Shown: positions 39,444 through 52,666 of the stretch, piece after piece | Numbering within the stretch: position 1 is the stretch's first letter | Layout: every line of letters starts with the position of its first letter | NCBI GenBank assembly: GCA_002245135.1 | Contig: NGBS01000292.1 | Location: 248,001 to 312,000, forward strand | Length of the DNA stretch: 64,000 nucleotides | Reading direction: 5' to 3' | DNA from: Proteromonas lacertae | Taxonomy: Eukaryota | Made by a program: the position numbers and the translations under genes | Notes under the pieces: generated by a model | What the model was told of the DNA's origin: nothing | Databases searched by the model: none | What the model saw: only the letters and a program-made list of their open reading frames with translations

Positions 39444-42400
39444 TTATCTACTAAATAATTCAATATTATGAGAAAGATTTTCTACTTTTATTTTATACAA
39501 CTCGTATAAATATGGTAAATACTCATATATTTCTGATATTTCATCATGATTCAATTTCAAACGTGTTAAATCTATTGAATGTTTCTCTTTTATTGAAGAT
39601 AAAAGTGTGTGATATGTTGTATGTAAATCAAAAACTGTCTTTTCTATCACTCTAAATCTTTGATTTGGATATTTCAAACAAATATTCAACAACAAATATT
39701 CATATCCTTTTTTACTATCACTATTATTATATTCTTCACAAATATCCTCCAATAAATCTATTCATATAATAGAAATATAATTAATACTATATCTTTTCAT
39801 AATTTCGTTATATTCTTCTTCACTTTCAAAATGATATTTACTATTGTTTATCATTTCCTTTACTTTTTCTATCCATTTATAATTTGGATCATATAATTCT
39901 ACATCTTCCATTAACTCTTCGTCTATATCTCCCATGTTATTACCTGACACAATAATCTCTTTAACATTTGGATATTTTTTAATGTAAGTTAAAAGCTCTC
40001 TTATCTCATTAGATGTGAATTTATTATCTATAAATAATAATAATTACAATTATAATAAACTTTTTAAAACCAAAGATTTTATCACTATTTTTGGATTGAA
40101 TAGCATACATAAATTTGATATACAATTATCTGTTAAGGAATTATCTATAATACAAAATAAATATATTGAAATATATATACTTGATAAACATAGCATTTCC
40201 AGATTATGGAATGTATTAAATCTACTAGATATTATCTTGATTGCTAAATCAGTTAAACCACATTCTATTACATTATAAAATAATAGAATTACTAATAAAA
40301 TCTATTCTTATAAAATTATTAATATTCTTTGAATTAAAAAGATACTCCACTCCTTTATCAGTAATACAATTTCCTAATTGAATTATTATAATTAAAATAT
40401 ACTATTGATATTCAACATATTAATGTATGGTAAATTATCTAATGATTTTGATAAATATTTACAGCTAATTGCAGTTAAATTATTATCACCAACATTTATA
40501 AACTGTAAGTTGGACATACAATACAAATTCAAACATATTATTTTCATTGATTCATCTGTTAAATTTGTTTTCTGTAATTCTAAATTTTTTAAATTATGAA
40601 AAGAATCTGGTAATATTTTAAATCCTTTGAAATTTAATTTATTATCTATTTATTATTATGCTATATATATAATACAATTAAGATTGAATTCATTTAATCT
40701 CTTTGAATAAATTATATCACATAAATATTCTACTCCATCATCTGAAATATCATTTATACCTACATATAATCCCTCTAATCTTGACAGTATTGGAAAATAT
40801 TTAGACAAACCTCTTACTCCTTCATTTGTTATTCTATTGCCATTTACACCGAATGATTTAAGATTTGGTAGATGAGGTAATAAGTTACATAAATTATTTA
40901 AACCTTTGTCATTCAGATTATTGTCTATGAAGAATCGTATTTAATAAAATAACATATATACATCCAACGCCAAGTACTGTTATTGATAATGATTTAGGAA
41001 TAGATAATATCTCATTCAAATGTTCTACATCATCATTTCCTATCTCATTATCTATTAAACTAAAGATGAAAAGATATACAATTCATAAATATATTTCTGA
41101 GATTTAGTAAACTCATTAATTTTTTCATTAACATGCAAAATGAATAAGAATTTAATTGGCATCCACACAAACTAATTTCCTTTAGATTTTGACAAATTAA
41201 TATTGCATTAGAAAAACATTCTATACCAATTTCTGTAAAACTATTATTTGACATATCCAATTTTATTAACTTGTTTAAATAATGTAGGTTAAGCGATATA
41301 TACTTTAAACCACAATCATCTATATTTATTTCATATAAACTAAGTTCTGCTAAATTTGTCAATATGCTGAATCTATTACTTATTTCTTTTATTCCTTCAT
41401 TGCCTATATTGTTTTTATCAAGACATAACTGCTGTAAATACTTTAAATACGATAATTGTGAAGCAAGTTCTATAGCTCCTACAGTATTGAATCTATTATC
41501 TAAAAAAATAAAATATATTTATATTAATATACTCATTAATGATAAAATTTCTAAATAAACAACATTTCTTAGATTCTTACTTAACTCAATAACTCCAGAA
41601 TCATCAATATAATTATCTATTCAAATGAATATATTATAATATATACTATCCAATATAAGTTCTATTAAATACATACAACTATTCATTTGTCTAATTAATA
41701 AAGGAATAATGGATGATGATAAATTATCATCTCTAAAACATATTGTACGTAGTTGATATGCTTCAGACAATCCATCTAATATCAAATTCACTTTTTCATC
41801 ATTCAATCCACAATCTAAAAATAGACTATAAATATACATTGAAAATTAATTGTGATTATTCTTTTCAGATTTTTAATATAATAGCTTATGAAACAGCAGT
41901 CTTCAATAGTCAATCTCTTACCTATGTCAATAAAATAAAAATTTCTATACCTTTTGCTTCTATGTTTAGTGTATTTCCTATGCATTTACAATACTTCAGT
42001 CTTGAGTAATCATTTTCACAATCAATCATTTTCATCACTTTACTACCAATTCCATAATTCATTGCTATAATACATAAAAAGTTGAAAATTATTTCATCCC
42101 TTGTTCTATTGAAAGTATTTGCCACATCTTCCAATAAACCTATTTCAAATATTATCATGAAAAACAAGTATACCACAACTATCAACAACATATAACATTA
42201 CTCTTTCATTTGAATAACAGTCTTCTGTCTTTAATAAATTATATACTTCACTTTTACTAATAACTATTTAAATGAAATGATAATAATATCAATATATACA
42301 TTCTGAATCTACTTCTTTTATTTTATCCAAAAGATTAGGAATCTTTGATGAATCGATTGGATTTCTACTAATTTCCAGTTTAATTTTGTATGGTAATTGC

Positions 42401-45400
42401 TGAATACTCTCCAACAACACTTCACACCCCTTTTCTGTCATTCTGTTGCCTAATTGATATATAAATAAATAAAATACCTTTCAAATCTATCGATTCTAAT
42501 AATGGTAGAAGATGAAGTGAATGAGCAAATGATATTATTCCACTATCATCTATATAATTATTACATAATGTGATTCTTTTCAATTCAGACAAATAACTCA
42601 TGTTTTGTAGAAAGTATTTAAATCCAGCAATACTTATATCATTCTCTATTTTTAGAAAATATATAAAAGATTTACTGTTAATGTTAAATTCTTCAAGATT
42701 TTGCTAGTACGCTAAAATTTTTGCATAATACAGTAAATATATCATCTGTTATTTCACAGTCTAAATAATATCAGAAGAAATAAATACTATTAATTATTAG
42801 ATTCTTCAATGATCTTAAAAGTCTAATTGATTCGATCAATTCTTTAAACAATGATAGACAATTATGAATATCATCGAAAGCTAATGTTGTCAAATTTGTG
42901 ACATAACGTAAATTGTCTCTTATCGCTTTCAACCCTAATATTCCGCACCCACAATCTATATAAAATATAAACTCAAATAATAAGCAAACTTTGAAAACTG
43001 ATTTGCTCTAGTTTTCTAATGTATTTGAAAGAATTGGCAATTGATATCACTCCTTCATCTCCAATTGTTATTAAAAAAAAAATAAAAGTTTTCAAATTTG
43101 ATAAATATGGTAAAGCTTTTGAAAATTCCAATATTCCTTTTGAAGTAATAGAGTTTCCTATAAAAAATGCATTTGATTGAATAATATACTATAAATTCCT
43201 ATTATTTCAAGTTTTGTGAATCTTGTTAAAGCTTTGCTCAGCTTAATTAATACATTGTCACTTAGTTTGTTCTGAGAAATATTTAACCAATAATAATTTA
43301 GGACAATATTGTAAAGCATCACATAATATTTCTATATCATTATCATCAAGATTCTGATCTATGAAAATGGTAATGAAGAAAAATACTTTCAAGATTAATT
43401 CCATAATTATTCTGTATTCCTGAAAATATTTTATTCTGACTTCCTTTTAGTTTTGTTATATTCATTATTGATAGTTTATAAGCAGGGTATAGTGAGAGTG
43501 CAAAACCAAACAATATTCCAAAGAAATAATTCCTTGGATTATTCATTACACGATATGTATGGTTTGTCATAATATCTACAATTGATTAAAAAAGAATTTC
43601 TATACTAATATTCTTACTTAGTTGTTTATATATATAATGATTATCTATAATGTACTGACTTGTCTTCAACATTTCAAAAGCATCATTACTAATATTTTTG
43701 AATGAAAATTTCAATGGAATTGATTTGTTTTCATAATTATATAATAATAGTTTCACACTTTCATGGTTTAAAGATATTCCACATAAACTCAGTTTTTCTA
43801 ACTTTGGCATTTTGTACATGTATCTATGAATATATTTAACTGATTTATCACTCAATTTATTATCTAAAATATGTATTAAAAAAACTACATTATACAAGAT
43901 AAATACAACTTTGATAGTTCATTAAATGAGTTAGAATAACACAAAAATATAATAATATCATTGTCTTTAAGATGAGTGAAAGAGATTTTGAGAGATTTTA
44001 AATATGGCATATGTGACAAACCTATTGCAAATTCTTTCATTTTCTTATGTAAATTTATACTTTCTAAATAAATATAATAATTAATTAAATATACTGGACA
44101 TATTCAATTGTTCTAAACACGGAAACATTGATTCAGTTGGAATAAATCTTTTCAATTCTATGTTATACATGTTTAGTATTTTCAACTTTTGAATATAACT
44201 ATAATCTATATCTGATAGATGTTGTGTATCATCAACACTCATATTGGATAGATTTAGTTGAAATGGCTTTTCAGAATGCAGATAAAACTTCACTTTAAAA
44301 CTATTATCTTTCTTTATCAATAAATCTATTAATTCCTTATTATCTTTATTTAACCAACTAATATTTAACAAATAGTAAAGATATTTAATTTATTGTAAGA
44401 ATTAAAGTAGTGAATCATTTCCATTAAGTTTTCTAAACAGAATTACAATGCATATATACTTTTGTTTGTTATTGTTTTGTCAAATATAATTGAATCTTTT
44501 ATTAAATAATTATTTGAAATTAAATTGATAACAGAATGGAACATCGATTGCAAATATATCAATTATATCATTTTCTTCTATCATCTCTTTCATCTTCTTC
44601 TTTAAATGATTATAAATCTCTTCTATTGTTGGTCTTTTGTTTGGATCATTATTACAACATTTTCCATATAATTTGTGGTAATTCGAAGTGTTTCCATTGT
44701 AATTTATATGCAATATAGGTGATTTTGAGAATAAAATATAATGTAATAATACTCCTAGACTGAATATATCACTTTTATTACAGATTTCTTTGTTTTGTAT
44801 AACTTCTGGTGATGTATAAAATAAATCTTCTAGATCACATGATTCTATAGGATTCATTTCATATTCACAGGGATTACTTACTATATAATTACCATCATCT
44901 GTTATTAAGATATTTGAAGGTTTGATTCTTCCATGAATTAAACCAATTTTGTGTAATAATCTTAATTGATTTACTATTTGATTAAACATCTTATTTATGG
45001 TATTTTCATCAAAACTATCTACTCCTTCAATTGATCCATTTTTATAATAAGGTAATACTATTATCGATATAATCTTCGTACATTGCAACTATTGCAAAAA
45101 AATAGGAGTTTCTAGAGAGGATATTAACATAATTGAATTTATCTATAAAAATAATAAAATATATTATACATATGAAAGTTGAATTGGAATTGATTGTTCT
45201 TCTAAATCATATATTTTATATACTAGCCTGGTTAAAATTCTTTTCTTCCACAATATAAGTATATGAGTATTTGGTTGATTTTAGCTTAGATTTTAACTAT
45301 TTGTACATTTATATGAAATATACTTTAAAACCAAAAATTTCACAAAGTTCCATATCCGCATCTGACTATATATATACATATAACATATCAATACCTCAAC

Positions 45401-45447
45401 ACTATTAAAGATCTATAAACCAAATTTTTCATAATTAGTAAATCCAT
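39444..45447 (-). CDS. large pseudokinase + tandem RNI-like LRR protein, ~20 small introns, several frameshifts (possibly pseudogene; start uncertain)
   Basis: LHKIGLIHGRIKPSNILI, YTSPEV, SDIFSLGVLL, KRPTIEEI, then LxLxxNxIxDxG repeats. Confidence 0.65.
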
Positions 45448-45564
45448 TAATAATGAGAAAATGAAAAGATTTCTAATAGAAGATTTGATATAGAAATCAA
45501 GCCTAGATTCATTTAAAAATCAAATTAATCAACAACAAAAGAATATTAGAAAAAATAAAATATT

Positions 45565-46701
45565 TTAAAAACCTCTCACTGTAAGAATATGATCAATATC
45601 CTTCCAAAATTGTTGACTTACTTGAGCATCGTAAGATCTGCTATTTCTGTTTATAGATATGATTTTCACTTTCCATCCTTTCACAGCTGGAGGAGCAGGC
45701 TCAGTATTCCAATTGAAATAGAATCCAGCTCTGTCACTAAACACATCAACTGGATTCTTCCACACATAATCTTCAAATTGCCAAGTTTCACCACATGTAA
45801 CTACAGCTATTACATTCTCCCAATCGCCTCGTTTCAATACTAAAGGAGAGTCGACTAATCTAAATGTTCGTTCTTTATCTTTCTGTTTCCTAGTTATAAC
45901 TATCTCATTTGTATAAGCTTCTATTCTAGCTTCTTCTGGACTTATAAATTGATTCTCAACTAATAATTTCTTGGCATTTTTCAATGTCACTAAACCCAAC
46001 TCAGGAGCTGGGAATAATATTATTGGAACTATATTAGAAGTATTTATTGAGGAAGATGAATAGGAAGTTGAGTTTAATTTTTGTCGTTTTGGTCTTTGTT
46101 GTTCTAAAGAACCTTCTAAATCCAAATTTATATTTTCCATCTGCAAATGTTCCTTCCACTGTGCATTTGTCTTTTCTTGTATTTTAGAAGGAGGTGCTGA
46201 AGCTATTGCTCTACTAATATGATCATAATATGCACTTACTTCTTTTAAATCATCATTTCCTTTTAAAATGTTGTTTGTGTCAATTGTACTTATTTGAGAT
46301 TCTAAAATACGATCAATTATTGGCTTGGTTTGTTGTGGTTCGACTTCTTGTGCTAGTTCTACAGCAGCTGATGTTGTTAACACGGATTTATCAATATATT
46401 CACTATCTTTACTAATTCCTTTCAAATAATTCACTAAACTCGTCACTTCTAGTGAATTTAAACATGTAAAACCTTTTTCTTTGGCTTCACGATAGTAATC
46501 AGAATATTTCAGAGATGGGTTTTTGATATGCTCATTAATTGTAAAAAATATATCTTTTAATTGCACAAATCCATTACTTGATTTAAAATTTGTAACAGAA
46601 TCGCCTTTATATGCTTTTCCATTCAATACTATATTTTCACCATCGGCTTTCATTTCCTTATTTCCATTGACACAGTACTTTATTGTTCCTAAAAGATCCA
46701 T
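45565..46701 (-). CDS. CDC73: PAF1 complex subunit Cdc73/parafibromin
   Basis: PIILFP...LVTLKNAKKLL, DWENVIAVVTCGETWQFEDY, SINRNSRSYD. Confidence 0.9.
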   Translation of the reverse strand: MDLLGTIKYCVNGNKEMKADGENIVLNGKAYKGDSVTNFKSSNGFVQLKDIFFTINEHIKNPSLKYSDYYREAKEKGFTCLNSLEVTSLVNYLKGISKDSEYIDKSVLTTSAAVELAQEVEPQQTKPIIDRILESQISTIDTNNILKGNDDLKEVSAYYDHISRAIASAPPSKIQEKTNAQWKEHLQMENINLDLEGSLEQQRPKRQKLNSTSYSSSSINTSNIVPIILFPAPELGLVTLKNAKKLLVENQFISPEEARIEAYTNEIVITRKQKDKERTFRLVDSPLVLKRGDWENVIAVVTCGETWQFEDYVWKNPVDVFSDRAGFYFNWNTEPAPPAVKGWKVKIISINRNSRSYDAQVSQQFWKDIDHILTVRGF

Positions 46702-46746
46702 TTATTTGCAGGCTTTTAATAACAAAAATCAAAAAAATGAATTAGT

Positions 46747-46765
46747 TTGGCTTGACTTGACTTGA
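46747..46765. promoter_or_regulatory. TTGGCTTGA core motif (CTTGA x3) in a 92-bp bidirectional promoter
   Basis: Lies between the divergent ATGs at 46701 and 46794; the motif recurs upstream of many genes. Confidence 0.55.
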
Positions 46766-46793
46766 AAGAGTTGTTTTATTTTTTGTTTGAAAA

Positions 46794-47903
46794 ATGAGTG
46801 ATTCAGACCAAAGTATAACCAAACAGGCAAGTTTCAAAGCGTGTGACTCTGAAGCTTTAGATGAAGCTCAAAAGAAAAGGATGAACAACTACATTGAGTA
46901 TTAAAGGATATTTATTACTGTTATTAATAGCACATTGGTTAGATCTACTGATTTATACAAACCTGACATGCCAAATTCCATTATGGCTGATTTGACTCAA
47001 TTAATCAACAACTCTAAACTCTTGTTCTACATTGTTTTATGCAATATGTCAAGAAACCAAAATAATGAAAAGCCTTAATAGATGTATAGTTTGTATTTAT
47101 AACTGTTTAGATATTACTATTAAAAAATGCCCCATTCGAGTATTATGACTCAGCATTGCATTTGCTTTTGATAATGATGAATGAACCAGATACTCATAAA
47201 TTCTATTTAGCACAACGAAACTGTTTCAATGTCTTGTTAAATTTTTTACCTTATAATTCAACCACTTTTACTCAAGATCAGATTGTACATTTAGCAGTAG
47301 AAGCTTCTAATCTATTAAACTTATTATTAGCTGAAAATAGGAGAATGGCAAGACAAAATTATTTCAATGCCCCAAGTTTACCAGAACGGCTGTATAAATT
47401 CTTGCAATGGTCAATATCATTATATCCAACACAATACACTGAAAATACAGTACTTACATACGATATCAAAAGTAATTCACCAACATCGTCCTCATCTTCT
47501 TCATCATCCTCTACTCAACATTTATATAATACATATGACTTATGTAAAACCAGTTTAGAATTAATCAAAGAATCAGCTGCAGAAAGAGTAAGATATCAAG
47601 GTATAATATATAAATATAATACACATAAATAGATATTTTATGTAATAAAGACTACAATATATTATTATTACTATTAAAGCAATGTCTATACCCTATTCTC
47701 TCTACACACCCTCTAGAAGATATCCAATCATCTTCATTCATATCATCTCCTTATGTTATATATCTATTAGACTGCTTAAGGTCATTGATAGTCTTTAATA
47801 ATAAAGTCATTAACCATATAATAAGTAATGATAATAATAATAATATTTTATTATCGTTATATTGTGAATTATTGAAATTATATGTTTTATTCAATTATAA
47901 TTC

Positions 47904-47940
<37 letters not shown>

Positions 47941-50681
47941 TAGCAATGAAAATGAATCACTTTCTGTTAAGCCAATATATTATAGTTTATTACATTATAT
48001 GTCATTATTACCATATGATAATTCAACAATTGAAAGAATATTGTTAGAATATCAAGAGAAATATAATGTTTCATTCACTAATACATTAATAAAGCAATAT
48101 TTCCCAAGTGTTACTGATAATATTATATATTTACAATTAGAGTTATATTTTCATGTATATATAATATATATATATATTGTTATTATTATTAAATATAGAT
48201 ATTTGAATCAATATCTAAAGATCTGTATAAAATTAAAATTCATCATTATGAAGAAGACACTGTAGTACAAGCACTTACTGTATAATATATATTTATTATT
48301 ATATATTTAGTCTATTTATAATATAATGTCTAATGAATATGATGCATTCTATTTCTTCTATATCTCCTACAGTGGTACAAGACTGCTAATACAGTGTCTT
48401 AATGTATTAGATGAAACGGTAATATTAAAAGCTTGTCAATTAACCTATTTATATTTATACAATTATACTGATGGAATTGTTCCTTTTATAGAAAGAGGTG
48501 GTTTATATGCATTAAAGGAATGTATAAATGATTATGATCCTCAAATCAGAATCGAGTCTTTAAAAGCTTTATCTGTGTTTTATAACATTGAGAATGAGAT
48601 TGATATTAAGAAATATGGAATATTGAAGGAATTATGTGAAATTATTGATTCTTATCCAAGTGAAGATATATCTTTTTATTATTATTATATCATTATATTT
48701 TATAATTATTTTTCTTTAATTTTTATTTGTTTTACTGTCCATTAGAGATATTTGATACAACTGTTCAAATCCTAATAATTGCAGTAAAGACTAATGTTTT
48801 TAATCAAGTATATATAAATATATATATTATATTTAATAGGATGAATTATCATGTAATGGAAGATTAGATAAACTATGTCATATCTTAAAAACAGAATTAG
48901 AAAATATAATAAACCATCAACCATCAATATCCTTATATATATATATATATATATAAATTGTTATATTTCCTTTATTATTTTTTACTCATTACCTTTATCA
49001 CCTGAAGAAGTATTAGATGTAATAACACATATATTATTATGTATAACCAATACAATATATCACAACACCAGAAACCAAAATATCATTTACAGTACTGGAA
49101 TAATTGAATATTGTTGGAATATTAAGAATAAAATAAGTGATACTTTTTGTGATAATATATTGACATTATTAATCAATTGTATTGATACAAATAAGACTGT
49201 TCAAAATGCTTTTGGTGGTGAGGAAATAAAGAATGATATATTATATATTTTGGATGAAAAAAATAGAAAAAGTAAAAGAGCTTTAGGTTATATAATGATT
49301 TCACATTTATGATATCTTTTTATTATTATTATAATGTTATTATTATAATTATTATTTTCTTTAATTTAAAAGTTGTAATTGGAATAGTGAAAAAATCCAA
49401 CAACTTTATACTTGTGAAGAAATATTAAAGTATTTCAAAATTGACATTAATTACTGTAACTATGATCCTGAATCTCCAATCTCTATCTATAACCCAACAC
49501 TCTCTGCATTATATGCGTTTATTAATCTTTCTCTAAATAATAATAAATTAAAACAATCGATTAAGAATTATCCATCTATCAGTAGAACTTTGATTGACTT
49601 TTTGACTGTTGATAGTTATGATATTCGAAAGAATACAATATTTTGTTTAAGTAATTTGATAGATGATAATGAGGATCTAGCAGATCAGTATATATATATA
49701 TATATATATAATATTATTTATTTATTAGATTGTATAATTTATCAATAATTCCAAAGTTAATTTATAATATCAATGACAATAATGATGATCCACTATCTAC
49801 AAAGGCATATCAAGTATTAGAAAGAATGAGCAAACAGACTATTATCTATATAATCAGTTCATTATATTATATGAATAAAAATGAAATTAATAATAATTTC
49901 AGTAGTAATTTAGTCAATCAAATTGAGAATGAATTTAAAGATAAAATATTGAAGTTGAATGATGATGATAAAGCTAATAAACCACATGTTGAGACTAATA
50001 AAGAGTTTATATTGTCTTATGTTAGTATTTTGAATGGATTATTATATACCAATTCTACTTCTAGAAAGTTCTTTTTATCAAAATTTATATCCTTTTTTTA
50101 GAAATTTCTGAGAAATTTCTTTAATTTTTTTTGTAAGGAATTGCACCGTTATTATATTTAATAATGAAAACTGATAATGAATTAAGAGATATTATTTGTT
50201 TAATATTAACTAATTCATCCCTTGATAGAAGTACATCTCTTCAAAACGAAAGTGTAAAAGAAGGCTTACTAACAGTATTTGAAGAGTTATTTGTCATTTT
50301 ATCGAAGAAGAGTGAAAGTGATAAAAATATGAAAGAAGAACATTATATCTATCCTTTTGATGTTTTAACGAATTATACATTAAATAATAGTTCCGTGTCA
50401 TATACTATTATGAATTGGAAAAATGATTTTTATATGAAATTGTTAAAGTATTGTCATAGTAGTAATAAAGAATATTCAGTAATATGTGTAGAGTTGTTAA
50501 TTTCGATTTTGGAACAAGTATTTTAATATTTATTTATTTATTTATTTAGTCTAAAGCTGGTGCTATAGCATCTGGAATTTCAGGAACAAAAACATGTTTG
50601 AATGAAATTGTAAAATATGATTATCTGAGCGATGCTTTAAGAGCAAGAGCAAAACAGTGTATTAGGGACTTAAAACTGTAG
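46794..50681 (+). CDS. armadillo/HEAT-repeat protein with four U12-type introns
   Basis: FIERGGLYALKECI, NQNIIYSTGII, GIAPLLYLI, IRKNTIFCLSNL ARM-like segments; an in-frame model needs both GT-AG and AT-AN introns. Confidence 0.7.
47905..47935. repeat. (TA)n microsatellite extending an intron donor GTATATA
   Basis: Same pattern at 108-139, 8873-8890, 25125-25151 and 49689-49710. Confidence 0.8.
48668..48735 (+). other. U12-type AT-AC intron
   Basis: ATATCTTT...TTCTTTAAT...TTTAC, phase 0, restores frame. Confidence 0.85.
48927..48985 (+). other. U12-type AT-AC intron
   Basis: ATATCCTT...TTCCTTTAT...TTTAC, phase 0, restores frame. Confidence 0.85.
49312..49378 (+). other. U12-type intron, AT-AA (alternative AT-AG end at 49372)
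   Basis: ATATCTTT donor removes the TGA; TTCTTTAAT branch; both candidate ends are in frame. Confidence 0.75.
50087..50136 (+). other. U12-type intron, AT-AA
   Basis: ATATCCTT donor in phase 0, TTCTTTAAT branch; the AA end gives in-frame SKF|GIAPLLYLIMK whereas the adjacent AG is out of frame. Confidence 0.8.
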
Positions 50682-50852
50682 TTCTAATTAAAAATGAATA
50701 TTATTAGAATGTAAATTGTTTGTTGTTGTTGAGATATTCCACAAGTTTGGAAAAATGAGCTTGGCTCGGCTTGAAGTCAAATACGTTGGTGAGATTAAAT
50801 TGATTTTAAAGACATTCATATTGAAATATAAATTAATAAATAGTGTAATTTA

Positions 50853-52431
50853 ATGAGTACTGTAGATTCAAAACTTTCAGATACTCAATCTTCAAGTGAG
50901 TTAGTATTTTTACTTATTACTACTGTTTTTAGCATGCTGAAGATTTAGTTTTACTACAGGAAGAAATAGATGCACAGCAAAAGAATGCAAAAGTAGCACC
51001 ATAATATCCTTTTTATTTAGTGTATTTATGAAAGATAGCCTTAATAAATATACTTATTTAAATTATCCAATGGTTTATGTATTTTTATACATGTTCATGG
51101 TATTTACAAATCACATTATGATACATCAATATAACACAAGTGAATGTAGAGGTCCTAGAGCATATTTAGTGGGCCAGATAGTACTAGGCTATCTAATAAT
51201 GTTTTTATATGCATGGACTTTTATTGGTCCTGTTCCATTCTCTTCATTTACATATTATTTAGCATTGTGGGCAGTTCATAGTGTGTTATCAGTGTTTTGG
51301 TTTATAATGGGAATAGTATGGGAAGTAAAACAGAAAACATGTGTATAAATTATTAATAATTATAAATTTCATATAGAGAGACGATGCTCCTGGTGTATTT
51401 TGGTTGTGTTTTGTTGAATTACTAATTTTTGCTTTAGAAGTCGTACTTTTAATCTTATCCTACATATTCAGTTCAATTGATGACTGTTTAGAAAGAGTGA
51501 AAGAAGAAGATGCAATAATTAAAGACTTTGAAGAACAATTCGAAGATGATAAACGTCTAATTGAGGAAAAAGAAGAAGAAAAAGAGAAACAAGCCATCAA
51601 ACCAGTATTTCAATTTGATGTTATTGAGAATAAACAACCTGTTGCTGGAAGAAATGCAAAAGCATCAGCAAAAACAATTAAATCAGTTAATGGTAGTGTT
51701 ACTCGTAGTAGAGCTGTACAATCAATTCCAACGAAGAGATCAGTGGGTGATGAAAGAAAAACGCAATCAGTTACAAAAAGATCATCCAGTGGAGAACATA
51801 AAAGTTCAAGTGGAAAAAGTGGTGGAAAAGGCGGAAAATCTAGTAGTGAAGAAGAGAAGAAAGGATCTAGTACAACGTCTTCAGATAAAGGTGAGAAAGT
51901 ATTTGGTGAAGCTAAGAAATGTATATATATATATATAATCATTTTATTATATTGATTTAAATATAGCATCAAGTGATTCTAAAAGTGGTTCAAAAAGTGA
52001 ATCAAAGACAGATTCAAAGAGTGAATCTAAAAGCACTTCATCTGATGAAAGAAAGAGTATTTACATTCATATTTTTATTTATTATTTTAATAGAAGATTC
52101 ATCAAGTGATTCACATAGCGATTCTCATAATAGAAAGAGTTCTTCTTCAGAGAATAAGTCGGGTGAAAGAAAAAGTGAGTCATCTACTACATCTAGTTCA
52201 AGTAAAGGAGGTGCAAATCATTCTACAAGTGGTAGTGGAAGTGGAAGTGGAAATGCTGAAGGAACAAAAGCAAAGAGTCATTCAAGTGAAAGTGAAGGTG
52301 AAAGAAAGAGTGGATCATCAAGTAGTGGTAAAGAAGATAGAAAGAGTGAATCATCTGGTAGTAGAAGTGGAGAAGAGAAGAATGATGACGATCCACCACC
52401 ACCACCACCACCTCCAGAAGAAGAAGAATAA
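50853..52431 (+). CDS. 4-TM membrane protein with Ser/Lys/Glu-rich low-complexity tail and poly-Pro end
   Basis: Hydrophobic segments 51060-51470, then S/K/E-rich exons; the exons join in frame. Confidence 0.65.
51004..51053 (+). other. U12-type AT-AC intron
   Basis: ATATCCTT...GCCTTAAT...ATAC; removes the TAA and gives VAPYYLNYPM. Confidence 0.85.
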
Positions 52432-52666
52432 ATCAATAATGTTACTATTTTATTTTTATATAAATAATATTAATATATCTATTGTATTTATGGATTTGGT
52501 TAAATAATGAAAATATATTCGTTATTACAGTATTTTTCGTTAAAAGAATAATGTTTTGCCGATTGTTTATTAGAAATTCGAAGTCTGGTGAAAAGCGAAT
52601 GTCTATTTACAAAAGTAGAGTAACGAATATAATTTTGGAACGGACATTTAAAAAACACAAATAAAC

